The notes beneath the pieces are model-generated. The model was not told where the DNA came from and ran no database searches. It saw only the letters and a list, made by a program, of their open reading frames with translations. A stretch of 42,658 nt of DNA. It comes from a virus. Taxonomy: Duplodnaviria; Caudoviricetes. The DNA lies in the IMG/VR virus record IMGVR_UViG_3300046788_000246, positions 1-42,658 of that record; one strand, 5' to 3'. Position numbers and translations under genes: made by a program. Numbering within the stretch: position 1 is the first letter of the stretch; each line of letters begins with the position of its first letter. Below are positions 6,931 to 17,264 of the stretch, piece after piece.

Positions 6931-8571
6931 TTACATGGACCAATTACCGAAGCCGGACGGAGGCGTAAAGGCGAAGGCGGACCCACCGAAATTCGCGGTC
7001 ATGTTGTCGTTAAGCGCAGTACCGGTGCCACCGAACGTCAGATTCGGTGCGATGGCGGATCCACCAGTGGAGCCAGAACCAATGTAGCCGACTCCAGTTG
7101 CCGGATTGGCCGTCGGGTCACCATTCCAGTTACCGCTGTTTCTTCGAACCCACACTTTTCCGTTGGTGAGATCAGCCGCATAACAAATGACATCTCCCGC
7201 CGTCCACGTCCCGACTGTCTTCCCCGTATTGGTGCCAACATAAAAGATCAGCCCACCCCCTCCATTAAACGCGACGACACCTCCCTGTCCTGAAATTATC
7301 GACGCAAAATTAGTACCTGAAATGACCAACGCAACGGAATCGTTGTTACCATGTGACGCTCCTATGGTAACCTCGAAATAATACTTGCCGGTGCTCAACA
7401 ACATGGTGCTGGTCGCACCGGAATTTGAAGCAGTGCTGTTGTGCGTCGCCTTCAAATTACCATTCGTCAACGTGACATTGGCGGTCGTGCCATCAAACGT
7501 GGCGAGCACGGCAGACGCTGGTATTGTCGGTGCGTAGATTGTATCGACGTCGACGAACCCACCAGGAAGCAGGGACTTATCGAGGCCGAGGACTACATTT
7601 GCTATCAGTGGGATGGTATCGACATCGATCCAAATGTGCGGTGCCAGGCGTTGGAATAGAATTACGTTCGGTGCATATACAGTGTCGGTGAAATCGACGA
7701 GCGCGTCGAACGGCCATAGCGCCGGGTTGGAACCAATAAACGGTGACAGGAAGGTGTCGTCGCTTCCTACCGACGCCGGCAACAGCGATGCGTAATGCAC
7801 AACCGGTACGAAGAAGATATCATCATCGACGAACAGACCCATCCGTCCAGGTGTTCGCAATTCCGGACCGATGAATACGTCGACGTCTAGGATGCGACTT
7901 GGGTTCAGTTGATTGAATATGAAGGGCGCGAAGAGTGTGTCTGCCGAACTGAACGCCCCAGGTTTGATGAAGGCAACTTGACCCGCCGGGTAGATGGCAT
8001 CGTTGTTGGGGGAGTATTCGGTGACAAGACCGGGCCGAAGTCCGCTCCCCAACGTTGTGGTGAAGATGGCATCAGTATCAACAAAAACGTCGAGCAGTAG
8101 AACAACAGCATCATTGTGTCGAATGACCGACGGTCCGTAAATGATGTCGGCATCGATGACATTTTGGATCGGGAACGTCTGGTTGATCGTCGCCTTGCCC
8201 AGCGTGACCTTCTTGACGCCACCGAAGACATCGACATCGACGAACAGTTGCGGACCCAGCACATTGCTGAGAACAATCGGTGGGGCAATGATGTCATTGG
8301 CGACAACAAGTGGTGGAACGATGGCATAGGCCGCACCCTTGCTGAAACCATAGAAGACGTCGGGATCGACGACGAGCGCCGGATAGATACTGTTGTCAAC
8401 ATCACCGACATAGGGTTGATAGATCGTATCGCCTTCAACGAACGACCCTTCAAACAACAGAAAACCGGGGACACGAATAGTCGCCTGCGGAAAGACATCC
8501 GGATCCACATAGCCGTCGATTGGAACTGCCAATCCCAGCAGCAACTCTTCCGCGATGACACCGACAATCAT
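6931..8571 (-). CDS. fibre / receptor-binding protein with DxD repeats and C-terminal SPRY/ConA-like domain
   Basis: Repeated V-D-x-D-x-F/I-Y-x-P units; C-terminal LTNGNL...STGKYYFEV...GDVICYAADLTNGKVW...ANFGGSAFAFTPPSGF is SPRY-like; ATG 8571 overlaps the upstream stop. Confidence 0.7.
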   Translation of the reverse strand: MIVGVIAEELLLGLAVPIDGYVDPDVFPQATIRVPGFLLFEGSFVEGDTIYQPYVGDVDNSIYPALVVDPDVFYGFSKGAAYAIVPPLVVANDIIAPPIVLSNVLGPQLFVDVDVFGGVKKVTLGKATINQTFPIQNVIDADIIYGPSVIRHNDAVVLLLDVFVDTDAIFTTTLGSGLRPGLVTEYSPNNDAIYPAGQVAFIKPGAFSSADTLFAPFIFNQLNPSRILDVDVFIGPELRTPGRMGLFVDDDIFFVPVVHYASLLPASVGSDDTFLSPFIGSNPALWPFDALVDFTDTVYAPNVILFQRLAPHIWIDVDTIPLIANVVLGLDKSLLPGGFVDVDTIYAPTIPASAVLATFDGTTANVTLTNGNLKATHNSTASNSGATSTMLLSTGKYYFEVTIGASHGNNDSVALVISGTNFASIISGQGGVVAFNGGGGLIFYVGTNTGKTVGTWTAGDVICYAADLTNGKVWVRRNSGNWNGDPTANPATGVGYIGSGSTGGSAIAPNLTFGGTGTALNDNMTANFGGSAFAFTPPSGFGNWSM

Positions 8572-9968
8572 CCGACGATGCTCGGGTCTGGTGTGTATTT
8601 TCTGATCAAGGCAGTCGGTTGGAACTGGTCGGTCGTACCGGTGTTGGCGCCAGTTATCCAATTCTTGCTCGTGTGCAACAGGAGCTCGGGCTTCTTGCCG
8701 AGCAACTGTTCCGCCAGTGGTCGCGGATCGTCCGCGGTGCCCGTTATTGGATCGGCTACGGTGCCCTTTGTCGGGTCGACAGGCTTCAGGGTTGCCTTGC
8801 CATCCTTGTCGCGGATCACATTGCCCTTATCATCGCGCACATAATCAATGAATGCGCGACGATTGCTGTCAACACTGGTATCCAGCGTCACCTCGGTAAA
8901 CATTTGAAACTCGGCCATCTCTACGCGGAGGATGGAATCAACAAATTGTGGATTAGCAGGGATGCCCAACGGGGTGTCGATTCCCGCCGGGGTCCTGGAT
9001 GTCGGAAGAGGCGTGGAAACATATTTGCATGTCGGTGCCGGTGCTGCCAGGTTTCCGATGTAAAAGTTCGCTGCCCCAGCAACGCTCCAGGCATTATCCG
9101 TCAGAATTGCATTCCGATCGTCACCGCCGCTGACGAAGAACGGACCCAGATTATCTTCGCCATCGTAGTTTTTGTCATCGATGGCGTACCACAATTTGCA
9201 ATAGCTGTCGGTCCCTTCCGCTATGGTCTCGTTCCGCCCCGCACCAGGCTCCACAGGAGCGTGGGTCTTGCAATCATTGCTCAGATCGAACGACAGCAGC
9301 AGATGATGCCACTGATCCGGCGCGATCGGGAATGTCGTCTTGACCTTAAAGTACTCCGGCCTGGCATTCGACGCTTCCGGGAAATCCTTGATTCCGAGAG
9401 TAAGTCCCGCGTGAGGATTGATAGGCGGTACAGCGTTGTAATAATCCCAACCCGAGCCAGGAACCGTCGTCGGATCGAAATTTGGTCCCCAGCCAGGTGG
9501 CAATCCGCCCGGCAGGTCTGCGTCGAGGAGGTACAGCTCCACTCCGGTCTGGGTTGACGCCATGCCGACAACATCGGCATGACCGGCAGTTTGCAGGATG
9601 AACGATAAAGCGGCAGTGATCTTCGATGGATCGGAAATGCTTCCGCCGCAATTGACGGCAATACAACACGGATCGGCCAGAAACGTCCCCTTGCTGGTGT
9701 AGCCGCTTACACCGTAAACAGGAGGAGCGTCTGCCCTAGGAAAATTCATGGCTTTGCTTACATCGACAAAATCAGGCTCGAGGTCTTCCACCTTGGGTGC
9801 AACGCCGAATGTCAACAATGGGATCGCCGTATTCATCAAGTCGCTAAATCCAGGTTGGAAAGGCTTGCTCGCAGCTGTCGTGATCGATGCTTGCGGTATG
9901 CGGAACCAAAACGAAATCACCGCTTTGGAAAAATCCGGGAGACCTCCCGGCAGGGTCAAATAACTCAT
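8568..9968 (-). CDS. tail protein with LamG/concanavalin-like elements
   Basis: VISFWFR, PDQWHHLLLSFD and MAEFQMF LamG-type motifs; ATGA-coupled. Confidence 0.6.
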   Translation of the reverse strand: MSYLTLPGGLPDFSKAVISFWFRIPQASITTAASKPFQPGFSDLMNTAIPLLTFGVAPKVEDLEPDFVDVSKAMNFPRADAPPVYGVSGYTSKGTFLADPCCIAVNCGGSISDPSKITAALSFILQTAGHADVVGMASTQTGVELYLLDADLPGGLPPGWGPNFDPTTVPGSGWDYYNAVPPINPHAGLTLGIKDFPEASNARPEYFKVKTTFPIAPDQWHHLLLSFDLSNDCKTHAPVEPGAGRNETIAEGTDSYCKLWYAIDDKNYDGEDNLGPFFVSGGDDRNAILTDNAWSVAGAANFYIGNLAAPAPTCKYVSTPLPTSRTPAGIDTPLGIPANPQFVDSILRVEMAEFQMFTEVTLDTSVDSNRRAFIDYVRDDKGNVIRDKDGKATLKPVDPTKGTVADPITGTADDPRPLAEQLLGKKPELLLHTSKNWITGANTGTTDQFQPTALIRKYTPDPSIVG

Positions 9969-10726
9969 GGCGTCGATAACTGTTTCTGAGGATCCAGCGC
10001 GTTGGTTGCTCCGTCGCCAAACTCCACGGCGAGGCCGCCTCCCCAACTCACATTGACTATGTTCTGCAATGGATCGAGCCGCCACGGTGGATCGACCTCG
10101 GTGGTATCCGGCTGATCGGATCCGAATAGTCGCACCCAGTCGTTGTTGCCGAATTGCAGCAAGGGATCACTGAGCGAGTCGATCCCCCAAATATGCTTTT
10201 GCCAGATTAGACCATTGCCGGACGTACTGGTGAACTCCTGGATAATCTCGACCAGCAGGAATTGGCTGTCGTCCTTGCTGGCGAGCTGCACCGCATTGAT
10301 ATAATCGGCCATTGCGCTGGGTGGCTGACCGTTTCGGTCAATGGCGTCGCTTGCAAGGTCATAGCGATCAACTCTCCGGGTGTGAACGACGCGCGTGATG
10401 TTGTCTGGGTCGTTTCCATATGCGTGCGCTGCTCTCTGATAATCAAGTCCGGCACCGGCCTCGAGCGCTATGGCCGTTCGGATCGGGACCTTGAGGGTGA
10501 TGCTCTCGTCATCAGGCTTTGTGATCTTTTTGATTTCAGCCTTGTTCGGATCCGTTGGGTCGAATGTCGACCAATCATACGTGAAGACGTATCTTTGATA
10601 GGCGAGACCGGTGCCGACATCAAAAACTAATCTGTCAATGCGCTCGACATCGACCCAAGTATCACTTGTGGTGTCGTCGTCCTCATAGATTCGAACGACA
10701 TGTGACACACGACCATCACCTGCCAT
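9965..10726 (-). CDS. tail tip region structural protein (hypothetical)
   Basis: Position in the tail operon; coupled ORF with an internal motif duplication (GTGLAYQR / GAGLDYQR / GNGLIWQK). Confidence 0.6.
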   Translation of the reverse strand: MAGDGRVSHVVRIYEDDDTTSDTWVDVERIDRLVFDVGTGLAYQRYVFTYDWSTFDPTDPNKAEIKKITKPDDESITLKVPIRTAIALEAGAGLDYQRAAHAYGNDPDNITRVVHTRRVDRYDLASDAIDRNGQPPSAMADYINAVQLASKDDSQFLLVEIIQEFTSTSGNGLIWQKHIWGIDSLSDPLLQFGNNDWVRLFGSDQPDTTEVDPPWRLDPLQNIVNVSWGGGLAVEFGDGATNALDPQKQLSTP

Positions 10727-10729
10727 TTG

Positions 10730-11548
10730 TCACACCGACAGTAAGCCGAACAGATCCCAGGTGTTGGCGCCGACCTTCTTTGCAGTTATGACCGCACCAG
10801 TCCCACCAGTCGCCGGTCGAAGTCCGGTGATCGTATTGATGGTAACCGCGGTGCCCGGCACCAGGGTCACCGGTGATGCAGTGCATTGTCGGAAGGAAAT
10901 CTCGACCGAAAGCGGGAAACTCAATGTCGCGTCGCTCGGTATGGTGATGGAACAGCCGGACGCATTGACGCAGCGCACATAGCCTGCGATGTCGGCAAGG
11001 GTGAGCGTGTAGGTTGGATCCGGTGCCTCGCGCAATGTCATTGCGGGGAATATCGCCGGAGTTTGCCAATTAACGGCATAGTCTGCGTTACTGGACTTCG
11101 CGAGAAGTTGTCCCGTGAGTCCCCCAGGCGGGATGATGCTCGACGGCTGCTCCAGCATCAGTCCGTAGTATGCGTGACCGGCCCCGTCGTTCGCCCCCGC
11201 ATCGAACACAGTGGCGCTGATATGGTTGAACAACACCATATAAACGGCACCGTTGTAGTCGGTGACATCGTTGAGCATGTAGTTCGTATTCGGTCGCCAG
11301 GTGCCGCGAAAGTTCCACGTCGTCACCGGCAATGCGAACGGCCCCTGGATCGTCCCGTCGGTCATGTGAATGTAGAAGGCATTCCCACTGACCGCGAAAT
11401 GATCGATGGAAACCAGTGTCGGTATCGTCTCCTCGGTGACGGTCAGACGATTGTTGATGTCGTAAAAATTGCCATCGACCTCGGCGGCAACGAGGTTTGC
11501 CCCCTTGCCGGCACCCCACGGTCCTATCGTTCGGTAAATGATTGCCAT
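10730..11548 (-). CDS. minor tail protein with CBM5/12-like motif
   Basis: WRPNTNYMLNDVTDYNGAVY resembles small aromatic carbohydrate-binding modules; C-terminal KKVGANTWDLFG is typical of phage tail proteins. Confidence 0.6.
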   Translation of the reverse strand: MAIIYRTIGPWGAGKGANLVAAEVDGNFYDINNRLTVTEETIPTLVSIDHFAVSGNAFYIHMTDGTIQGPFALPVTTWNFRGTWRPNTNYMLNDVTDYNGAVYMVLFNHISATVFDAGANDGAGHAYYGLMLEQPSSIIPPGGLTGQLLAKSSNADYAVNWQTPAIFPAMTLREAPDPTYTLTLADIAGYVRCVNASGCSITIPSDATLSFPLSVEISFRQCTASPVTLVPGTAVTINTITGLRPATGGTGAVITAKKVGANTWDLFGLLSV

Positions 11549-11561
11549 GCTTCAATCCGCA

Positions 11562-11822
11562 TCAGGCTTCTGGGGTGTTGACGACCTGGTAGCTCTGGCC
11601 GGGAGCGAGAATTATGCCGGTCGGAATCTCATAGTAGTATTTGTCCTGGTAAAAGGATGCCGAAACCGAATAACCAGTCGAGATGGTCTTGGCCTTGCCG
11701 CCGAGCCCGATATTAATGATGACGTTCGGCTGTGGTGCAGCAGCCGCCGAAGCCAACGGTATGCGCGGCGGCGTCGTATCAAAAACGACAAATGGGCGAA
11801 CAATCTGCTCAAGACTCGGCAC
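11562..11822 (-). CDS. hypothetical tail region protein
   Basis: Overlapping ORF in the tail operon. Confidence 0.55.
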   Translation of the reverse strand: MPSLEQIVRPFVVFDTTPPRIPLASAAAAPQPNVIINIGLGGKAKTISTGYSVSASFYQDKYYYEIPTGIILAPGQSYQVVNTPEA

Positions 11823-13755
11823 TTGGAGCCTCCAGATTGATCATCGTCGGAACGATCAACGTCCCGACGGAAATATCGTACTCGGCCGCATAATCGGTTC
11901 CCGCCACTGATTTTAATTCCATCTCGAGCCAAGTCTGGTTGAGCGCGACGAATTCCTCGAACATCGCCTGCGCCTGTTGTTCCAATTGATTGTGGTGGTC
12001 CGCGGCAGTCTGCGCACTAGCCGGAACAGAATTCGCGGGAGGGGAGGAAGCTGGCGTAGCCACGGGCATGCCGGGAAGATCGGGGGAGGGTGAGCCTTTA
12101 TGCACCTCGTATTTGACGACCACCTGGTCATACGTCAAAGGCAACACCAGACCGTCGTCGGTGACGCCACTCACCGGCACCGAAAATGCGACATCGGTCG
12201 TGGGCAGGCTGATGGTTGCATCCTTGTAGAACTGGTAACCGACAGCCACGTAACCGTTATCGGCATAAACGGGACTGCCTTCGTTGATCGTGATAGCACC
12301 ACCCTTGCCGACGACACTCTCGATCTGAACGGTGCCGATCAGTTGACCACTGCCGCCGTCGGCCTTGATATGATATTCGGTGATCTTGCCCAGCGCCTGC
12401 CCTCCCGGCAAGCGGGCGTCGTGTATCAACGCATTCTTGCGACACGACAGATTGACGGCACGGTCCAACGTGCAATCGAAACCAATCTTGACAGCCCGCG
12501 CCGACTGCAGCAAATGTGCCCGCGCCACCAACAGTGGGTATTGCAAGGACTGAATACCGCGGTCGGTCGGAAAAAACGCTGAGCGCCCCGGATCGGTCAG
12601 CGCTATTTCACCGGACGGCAACGGCAAGCCGACATCGACGCCATTCATGGTCAATGCGATTGGAGCTGCCGCCTCGTCAACCGGTGTGGTCACTATGTCC
12701 TGCAGCGCACTGTTCATCGTGAAGCTGGCAATTTCAGTGCGCCCCCTGGACATGCCATATTGCAAGGTCAAATTGGCTTTCAAAAAATAGGCGAGGAGCC
12801 CTAGATAATGATATTCCTCCGACGCCGATGACGCCCCGCCGGTGGTGGAGCTGCCGGGAACAATGGATCCGGCGGACCACACAAGATTGCCATATGTGTC
12901 CACCCCGTTGTAGACCGTCTCATTGATACTCACCGATAATGTGTCGCCGGTGCGATGCTTGCTCTCTTGGTTAGTGTAGCTGCCGGTGAGATTGTAGGTG
13001 GCAGCATTGCCAATGTTGTAAAGATCGTCAATATGGGCTTCGGCTATACTCCATCCTCCATTCAATGACGATCCTTGTTTCGGCCAACCTGACAGCCAGG
13101 CGTCACCGTTGTAGGCAGTGACTTTCAATTCCGGCATTTTGATCGTGCCGCCACCGGCCTGCGTCCACGTCACGCTACCGGTGAAGATGACCTGCGTCTG
13201 CGGCGATTGCCCAAAGCGGAGAGAAACACTGTCGTAGAATGAGTCTTCCGGTTTGAACTCTTCCGTCCCGTCCTCGCCCATAACAATATCGGATGTCGTG
13301 ACGTTGAGAGTCACCCGATCAATGTGCCACGCCCTGGTATAGGATTCGAGGATCGTATCGGGATCGTTGATCTTCGTCTTGTCGATCCAGATCTGATCGT
13401 AGTACGGCGACACCTTGAGCGCGTCGGCGACCGCTTGCTTCTGAGCTAGGTAGTCGGGCGGGCGAGCCAGAAACTGCAGGGTCACGGTCTCATTGAACAA
13501 GTTGCTCGGCAACGCCGACAGACGTCCATTGAACAACGGAACGATTTCACCGACCTGCGACACCCACGAGAACCAAACCCACTGCTTGCGCCCGGGCGCC
13601 AACAGACCGATGCGCGGGTTTTTGATCTCGACGCTGAGCGTCGGGATCTGGCCCTCCAGGTGCGCCAGATCGAACGTCAGCACAACCTCGTCCTCGCGCA
13701 GGAGGCCGGGATCGAAAGGTGTGTTCGCGTCGACCCAGGCAAAATGGAACGGCAC
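11809..13755 (-). CDS. tail tip / baseplate hub protein
   Basis: 648-aa beta-rich ORF two genes after the tape measure; called by synteny. Confidence 0.6.
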   Translation of the reverse strand: MPFHFAWVDANTPFDPGLLREDEVVLTFDLAHLEGQIPTLSVEIKNPRIGLLAPGRKQWVWFSWVSQVGEIVPLFNGRLSALPSNLFNETVTLQFLARPPDYLAQKQAVADALKVSPYYDQIWIDKTKINDPDTILESYTRAWHIDRVTLNVTTSDIVMGEDGTEEFKPEDSFYDSVSLRFGQSPQTQVIFTGSVTWTQAGGGTIKMPELKVTAYNGDAWLSGWPKQGSSLNGGWSIAEAHIDDLYNIGNAATYNLTGSYTNQESKHRTGDTLSVSINETVYNGVDTYGNLVWSAGSIVPGSSTTGGASSASEEYHYLGLLAYFLKANLTLQYGMSRGRTEIASFTMNSALQDIVTTPVDEAAAPIALTMNGVDVGLPLPSGEIALTDPGRSAFFPTDRGIQSLQYPLLVARAHLLQSARAVKIGFDCTLDRAVNLSCRKNALIHDARLPGGQALGKITEYHIKADGGSGQLIGTVQIESVVGKGGAITINEGSPVYADNGYVAVGYQFYKDATISLPTTDVAFSVPVSGVTDDGLVLPLTYDQVVVKYEVHKGSPSPDLPGMPVATPASSPPANSVPASAQTAADHHNQLEQQAQAMFEEFVALNQTWLEMELKSVAGTDYAAEYDISVGTLIVPTMINLEAPSAES

Positions 13756-13758
13756 GGC

Positions 13759-14211
13759 TCAAACCTCCTCGAGATCGAGTTCCCAAGGCACGGTCCCAGC
13801 CCATTCGTCCGTCTGAACCTGATAATCGACGATCATCATCGTCAACCGCGGCAGGTAGAACACAAAACCGCCTTCGGTGAAATCACTCCCAGCGATTACG
13901 GGCCGGCGCGGTGTCCCGCCAACTGGATAACTCAGGTAGGAGACGCAATCGACGACCACCGTCAAACCGGGAAATATGCCATCGACCGCTGGGGCGCGGG
14001 CATCGGTGCATGTGATCTTCGACTTGTATTTGAGAAACTGCGGATTGTTGACATCTGTCATAACACCATTGATTGATCGACGCTGATTTTTTGCGGCATC
14101 AATTGGTTGGATCAGTTGAGATAGTCCACGCGCAGAGTACAGCGGCACACCCATGACGCTGAGCGCAAGCAGCGTCTGGCTGTTGGACGGTGGGCCTGGA
14201 TACAGCGTCAC
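13759..14211 (-). CDS. distal tail protein (Dit-like)
   Basis: Directly follows the tape measure; QRRSING motif and C-terminal WELDLEEV are typical of distal tail proteins. Confidence 0.6.
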   Translation of the reverse strand: MTLYPGPPSNSQTLLALSVMGVPLYSARGLSQLIQPIDAAKNQRRSINGVMTDVNNPQFLKYKSKITCTDARAPAVDGIFPGLTVVVDCVSYLSYPVGGTPRRPVIAGSDFTEGGFVFYLPRLTMMIVDYQVQTDEWAGTVPWELDLEEV

Positions 14212-15744
14212 TCACCGCCTCCAGCTCTGCTTTCGTCCCGCACTGGCGATTTGACTACCGACCGCAAAGCGCTCGAGCGCGGAGGCGACGCCCTCCTGCA
14301 TGGTCGCCGGCCCGAACGACCGGCCTTCGATCGTGAGGTGAAGCGCGCGCGAGCCGGCGGTCGCCCCCGCGAGCGACGGTGTACCTCCGGTATTCAACCC
14401 GCCCAACGCGAAGCGCGGAGCCAATGAATTGATGGCGTGCAAGAACGGCAGCCCTACGCTGCGCACGGCTTGCGCCCGCACCACGAACTCACCCGCCGTC
14501 AGCCATGCGAGGTTGGTGTCGGTCCCTGGACGCCCCTGCACCTCGCCGCCCGCTGCCATCCCGCCGCCGCCACCCGCAGATACCGACGCGCCGCCGCCGG
14601 TCAGCCCGGCCCACAACGCCTTGGCGGCATCGACCAGCCCCTGGATCCAGCCGCCGATCGTATCGATCACCGACTTGATCGGAGTAAGCATCGACGCGAA
14701 GGCGGCCACGACGGCGTGCTCAAGCTGCCCGACGTAGCCCATGAAATTGGCGAACCCGGTCGCAAGAACCGCCCCCACCGCTTGCACCCACCCGCGCGCG
14801 CCGGTCTCCGCGTCGCCCGCGACTTGCGCCCATGCCTTCTTGGATGCCGCAGCAAATTCATCCCATCCCTTCGCCAGATTATCGATAGACTTCTGCTGCT
14901 CCGGCGTGAAGAACGGCTTGGCGGCCGCGTCGTGCGCCTGCCTGACCGCATCGGTACCCTTCTTGATCCGTTCAATCTGCTCGGCGGAAAAGAAATCCTT
15001 CATCGTCTTTTCTAAATCTACACGCTGAAACTGATTCGCCGTCGCGTAGACCTGCGAGAAGAACACCTCCAACTGCTTGATGGCGTCGGCTGCCCGCTTC
15101 CCGCCGGCGGCAAGATCATCGAGGATCACGCCACTGCGCTCTGCCGCCTCCAGCAAACCCTTCTTAAAGTTTTCCGGAGAGGTCAGTGACTCATATGCTC
15201 GCTTGACGCCATCGCGCAGGTATAGAAATTCGTCGGCGAGATGGTGGACGTCGTTCGCCCATTCCTTGTCTCCCTTCGCGGCGTTCATCGCCGCTCTGAT
15301 CTGGATTATATTCTGAATGTGTTCGGTCGCTTCTTGCGCTGCTTTTTTCGTCTCTTCTATCTTGCCCTTGATGTAGGAGAACGCTTCGGCGGCGGCGAAC
15401 AGCGCGAGTCCGATCGGCCCCAGCGCCGCCCCGATCTTTACGAACCCGACGGCGACGCTGGCCGCCGCTCCTTCGCCGACGGTGCGCATGACCGCGCCCA
15501 TCGCCCGCATCTGGCGCGTGGTGACGACGGTTTTCTCCGTAACCTGCTCCAGCCCGGCGCCAAGCTTTTGCGCGCCAGTGCCCACCTGACCCGCCGCGGC
15601 CTGCACGCCGCCCATCGACTGCCCGGCGCTGTCGGCGGCCTTCTCCAACTTGTTGAACGAAGTCTGCGCGGTATCGCCAACCTTGGCGAGCGCGGTGTCA
15701 TCGACCTCGATAACGACTTTTTGGACAATGTCTTCGTCGGCCAT
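14212..15744 (-). CDS. tape measure protein
   Basis: Ala/Gly-rich helical protein with C-terminal MAAGGEVQGRPGTDTNLAWLTAGEFVV motif; follows the tail assembly chaperones. Confidence 0.85.
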   Translation of the reverse strand: MADEDIVQKVVIEVDDTALAKVGDTAQTSFNKLEKAADSAGQSMGGVQAAAGQVGTGAQKLGAGLEQVTEKTVVTTRQMRAMGAVMRTVGEGAAASVAVGFVKIGAALGPIGLALFAAAEAFSYIKGKIEETKKAAQEATEHIQNIIQIRAAMNAAKGDKEWANDVHHLADEFLYLRDGVKRAYESLTSPENFKKGLLEAAERSGVILDDLAAGGKRAADAIKQLEVFFSQVYATANQFQRVDLEKTMKDFFSAEQIERIKKGTDAVRQAHDAAAKPFFTPEQQKSIDNLAKGWDEFAAASKKAWAQVAGDAETGARGWVQAVGAVLATGFANFMGYVGQLEHAVVAAFASMLTPIKSVIDTIGGWIQGLVDAAKALWAGLTGGGASVSAGGGGGMAAGGEVQGRPGTDTNLAWLTAGEFVVRAQAVRSVGLPFLHAINSLAPRFALGGLNTGGTPSLAGATAGSRALHLTIEGRSFGPATMQEGVASALERFAVGSQIASAGRKQSWRR

Positions 15745-15759
15745 GTTATGTGCTCACCT

Positions 15760-16044
15760 TTAGTCCGTGTCAGACAACAGTTTTGCCAGATGTTGCTGCA
15801 TGCCCTTGCCGTCGCCGTTGGCGTTACACAGGTTGACGAACTCGTGGGCGAGGTTGATTTGACGATTGCGTTCGGACAACTTTATCCAGGCTGCTAATTG
15901 ACGGGTGGTGAGGCTCCACGCGTCAGACCAGGAGAGTCCGTCTGCAATACTGCGTTGGATGGCGCGTGCGATGAGTTCCCCGGCCCGCTCGACTGGCTCG
16001 GCGCATCCATTACCATCAACCGGGTTATCTGATCGACGAAAGGG
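15760..16044 (-). CDS. tail assembly chaperone -1 frameshift extension (gpGT-like)
   Basis: -1 frame open from the slippery C CCT TTC (16044-16038) to TAA at 15762-15760; encodes ...WSLTTRQLAAWIKLSERNRQINLAHEF... Confidence 0.75.
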   Translation of the reverse strand, partial: PFRRSDNPVDGNGCAEPVERAGELIARAIQRSIADGLSWSDAWSLTTRQLAAWIKLSERNRQINLAHEFVNLCNANGDGKGMQQHLAKLLSDTD

Positions 16045-16367
16045 CCGAAGCCCTGCGGAAACGATAGTTTCTGCACCGCCGAGAGGATCGCCATTTGGTC
16101 GGCCGCCCCGAGCTCCCTTGCCTTTGCTATAACGGCTACGTCGCCAGGCGAGCCGGTGGCTATCGCGATCACTTTTGCGAACAGATCGGGTGCCAACTCC
16201 AACATGCCGGAGCTGCTGGTACCCATTTGCGCGAGCGCTTGCTGCATATTGGGGAACTCGGCAAACAATTTGAACAGGTCGGCGGCCGTCAACCCATGCA
16301 CCGTTAGTTTGAGGCCGCGAACATCGACTTCTTCGGTCAGCGGGCCGAGATCAAGCAGGCTGTTCAT
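15894..16367 (-). CDS. tail assembly chaperone (gpG-like)
   Basis: Between the major tail and tape measure genes; contains a slippery heptamer. Confidence 0.8.
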   Translation of the reverse strand: MNSLLDLGPLTEEVDVRGLKLTVHGLTAADLFKLFAEFPNMQQALAQMGTSSSGMLELAPDLFAKVIAIATGSPGDVAVIAKARELGAADQMAILSAVQKLSFPQGFGPFVDQITRLMVMDAPSQSSGPGNSSHAPSNAVLQTDSPGLTRGASPPVN

Positions 16368-16392
16368 TTACCGTTGCTCCTTTGTTTTGCGC

Positions 16393-17244
16393 CTACGTGG
16401 CCGCCGCTACCAGCGTATTCGTGCTGGTCGCTGGCGTACTGCCGATCGGATTGACGCCGGTGACGATCACCTTGAACGATTTGCCGGTGTCCCCGGCGAC
16501 CACCGTATAAGTCTTGCCGGTCTGCGGTGGAGAGATCGGAACCCATGGGCCAGTAGTGCCAGTGACGCTCTGCCATGCGTAGGTATAGCTATGCGCTCCC
16601 GTCCATCCGCCGATCGTTGCGGTCAGAACATCCCCGACCTTGGGCGCACCAGGCGAGGAGACGGAGGCGCCGCCAGTGATCGTCGGCAGCAACACATTTG
16701 ATGGCGCAATGGAATTCACCGGCGGCATCAGCGTCATTGTCCCGAACACACCGTCGATCGACTGCACCGAGCCACTGACCACCATTTTGATGAAGGCGTT
16801 GTCGATGATGGGCGAAAAATCACCACTGGGCGTCAGATTAACGCTGAGCAGATCGACATACCAACGCGGACCGACCTCGTTGGTGGCATAGAACTTCAGC
16901 TCACCGATGAACGAGCTGCGCGAGAAGATTTGTACCTGCGGATTTGACGGGGTGCCACCATCATTGCCGACGTCGCCCATCAGCAACATCGCCAAATTCT
17001 GCGCGGTCAACTCTTCCAGGTCCATCTTCACCTCGCCAGACTTCTCGGTGATGATGCTCAAATCCTTGATGCGCGACCCTCCCATCGATGAATAATGGTC
17101 GAGCAAGGTGACCTTGGGCGTGAAGGTAAACGTCGGCACGTTCCCGACGTGAAAGAAGCTGGCCTGATCGGTCGGCTTGAACAAGATGAAGCCCTTGCCG
17201 ACAGCAAGGTTACTGACATCCGGGCTACTGACACCGTAAGCCAT
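16393..17244 (-). CDS. major tail (tube) protein with C-terminal Ig-like domain
   Basis: GKGFILF...HVGNVPTFTFTP tube-protein pattern; C-terminal VGDVLTA...YTYAWQ...TYTVVAGDTGKSFKVIVT Ig-like extension; AAGGAG RBS. Confidence 0.85.
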   Translation of the reverse strand: MAYGVSSPDVSNLAVGKGFILFKPTDQASFFHVGNVPTFTFTPKVTLLDHYSSMGGSRIKDLSIITEKSGEVKMDLEELTAQNLAMLLMGDVGNDGGTPSNPQVQIFSRSSFIGELKFYATNEVGPRWYVDLLSVNLTPSGDFSPIIDNAFIKMVVSGSVQSIDGVFGTMTLMPPVNSIAPSNVLLPTITGGASVSSPGAPKVGDVLTATIGGWTGAHSYTYAWQSVTGTTGPWVPISPPQTGKTYTVVAGDTGKSFKVIVTGVNPIGSTPATSTNTLVAAAT

Positions 17245-17264
17245 GGTTTGATTCTCCTTCTCTT

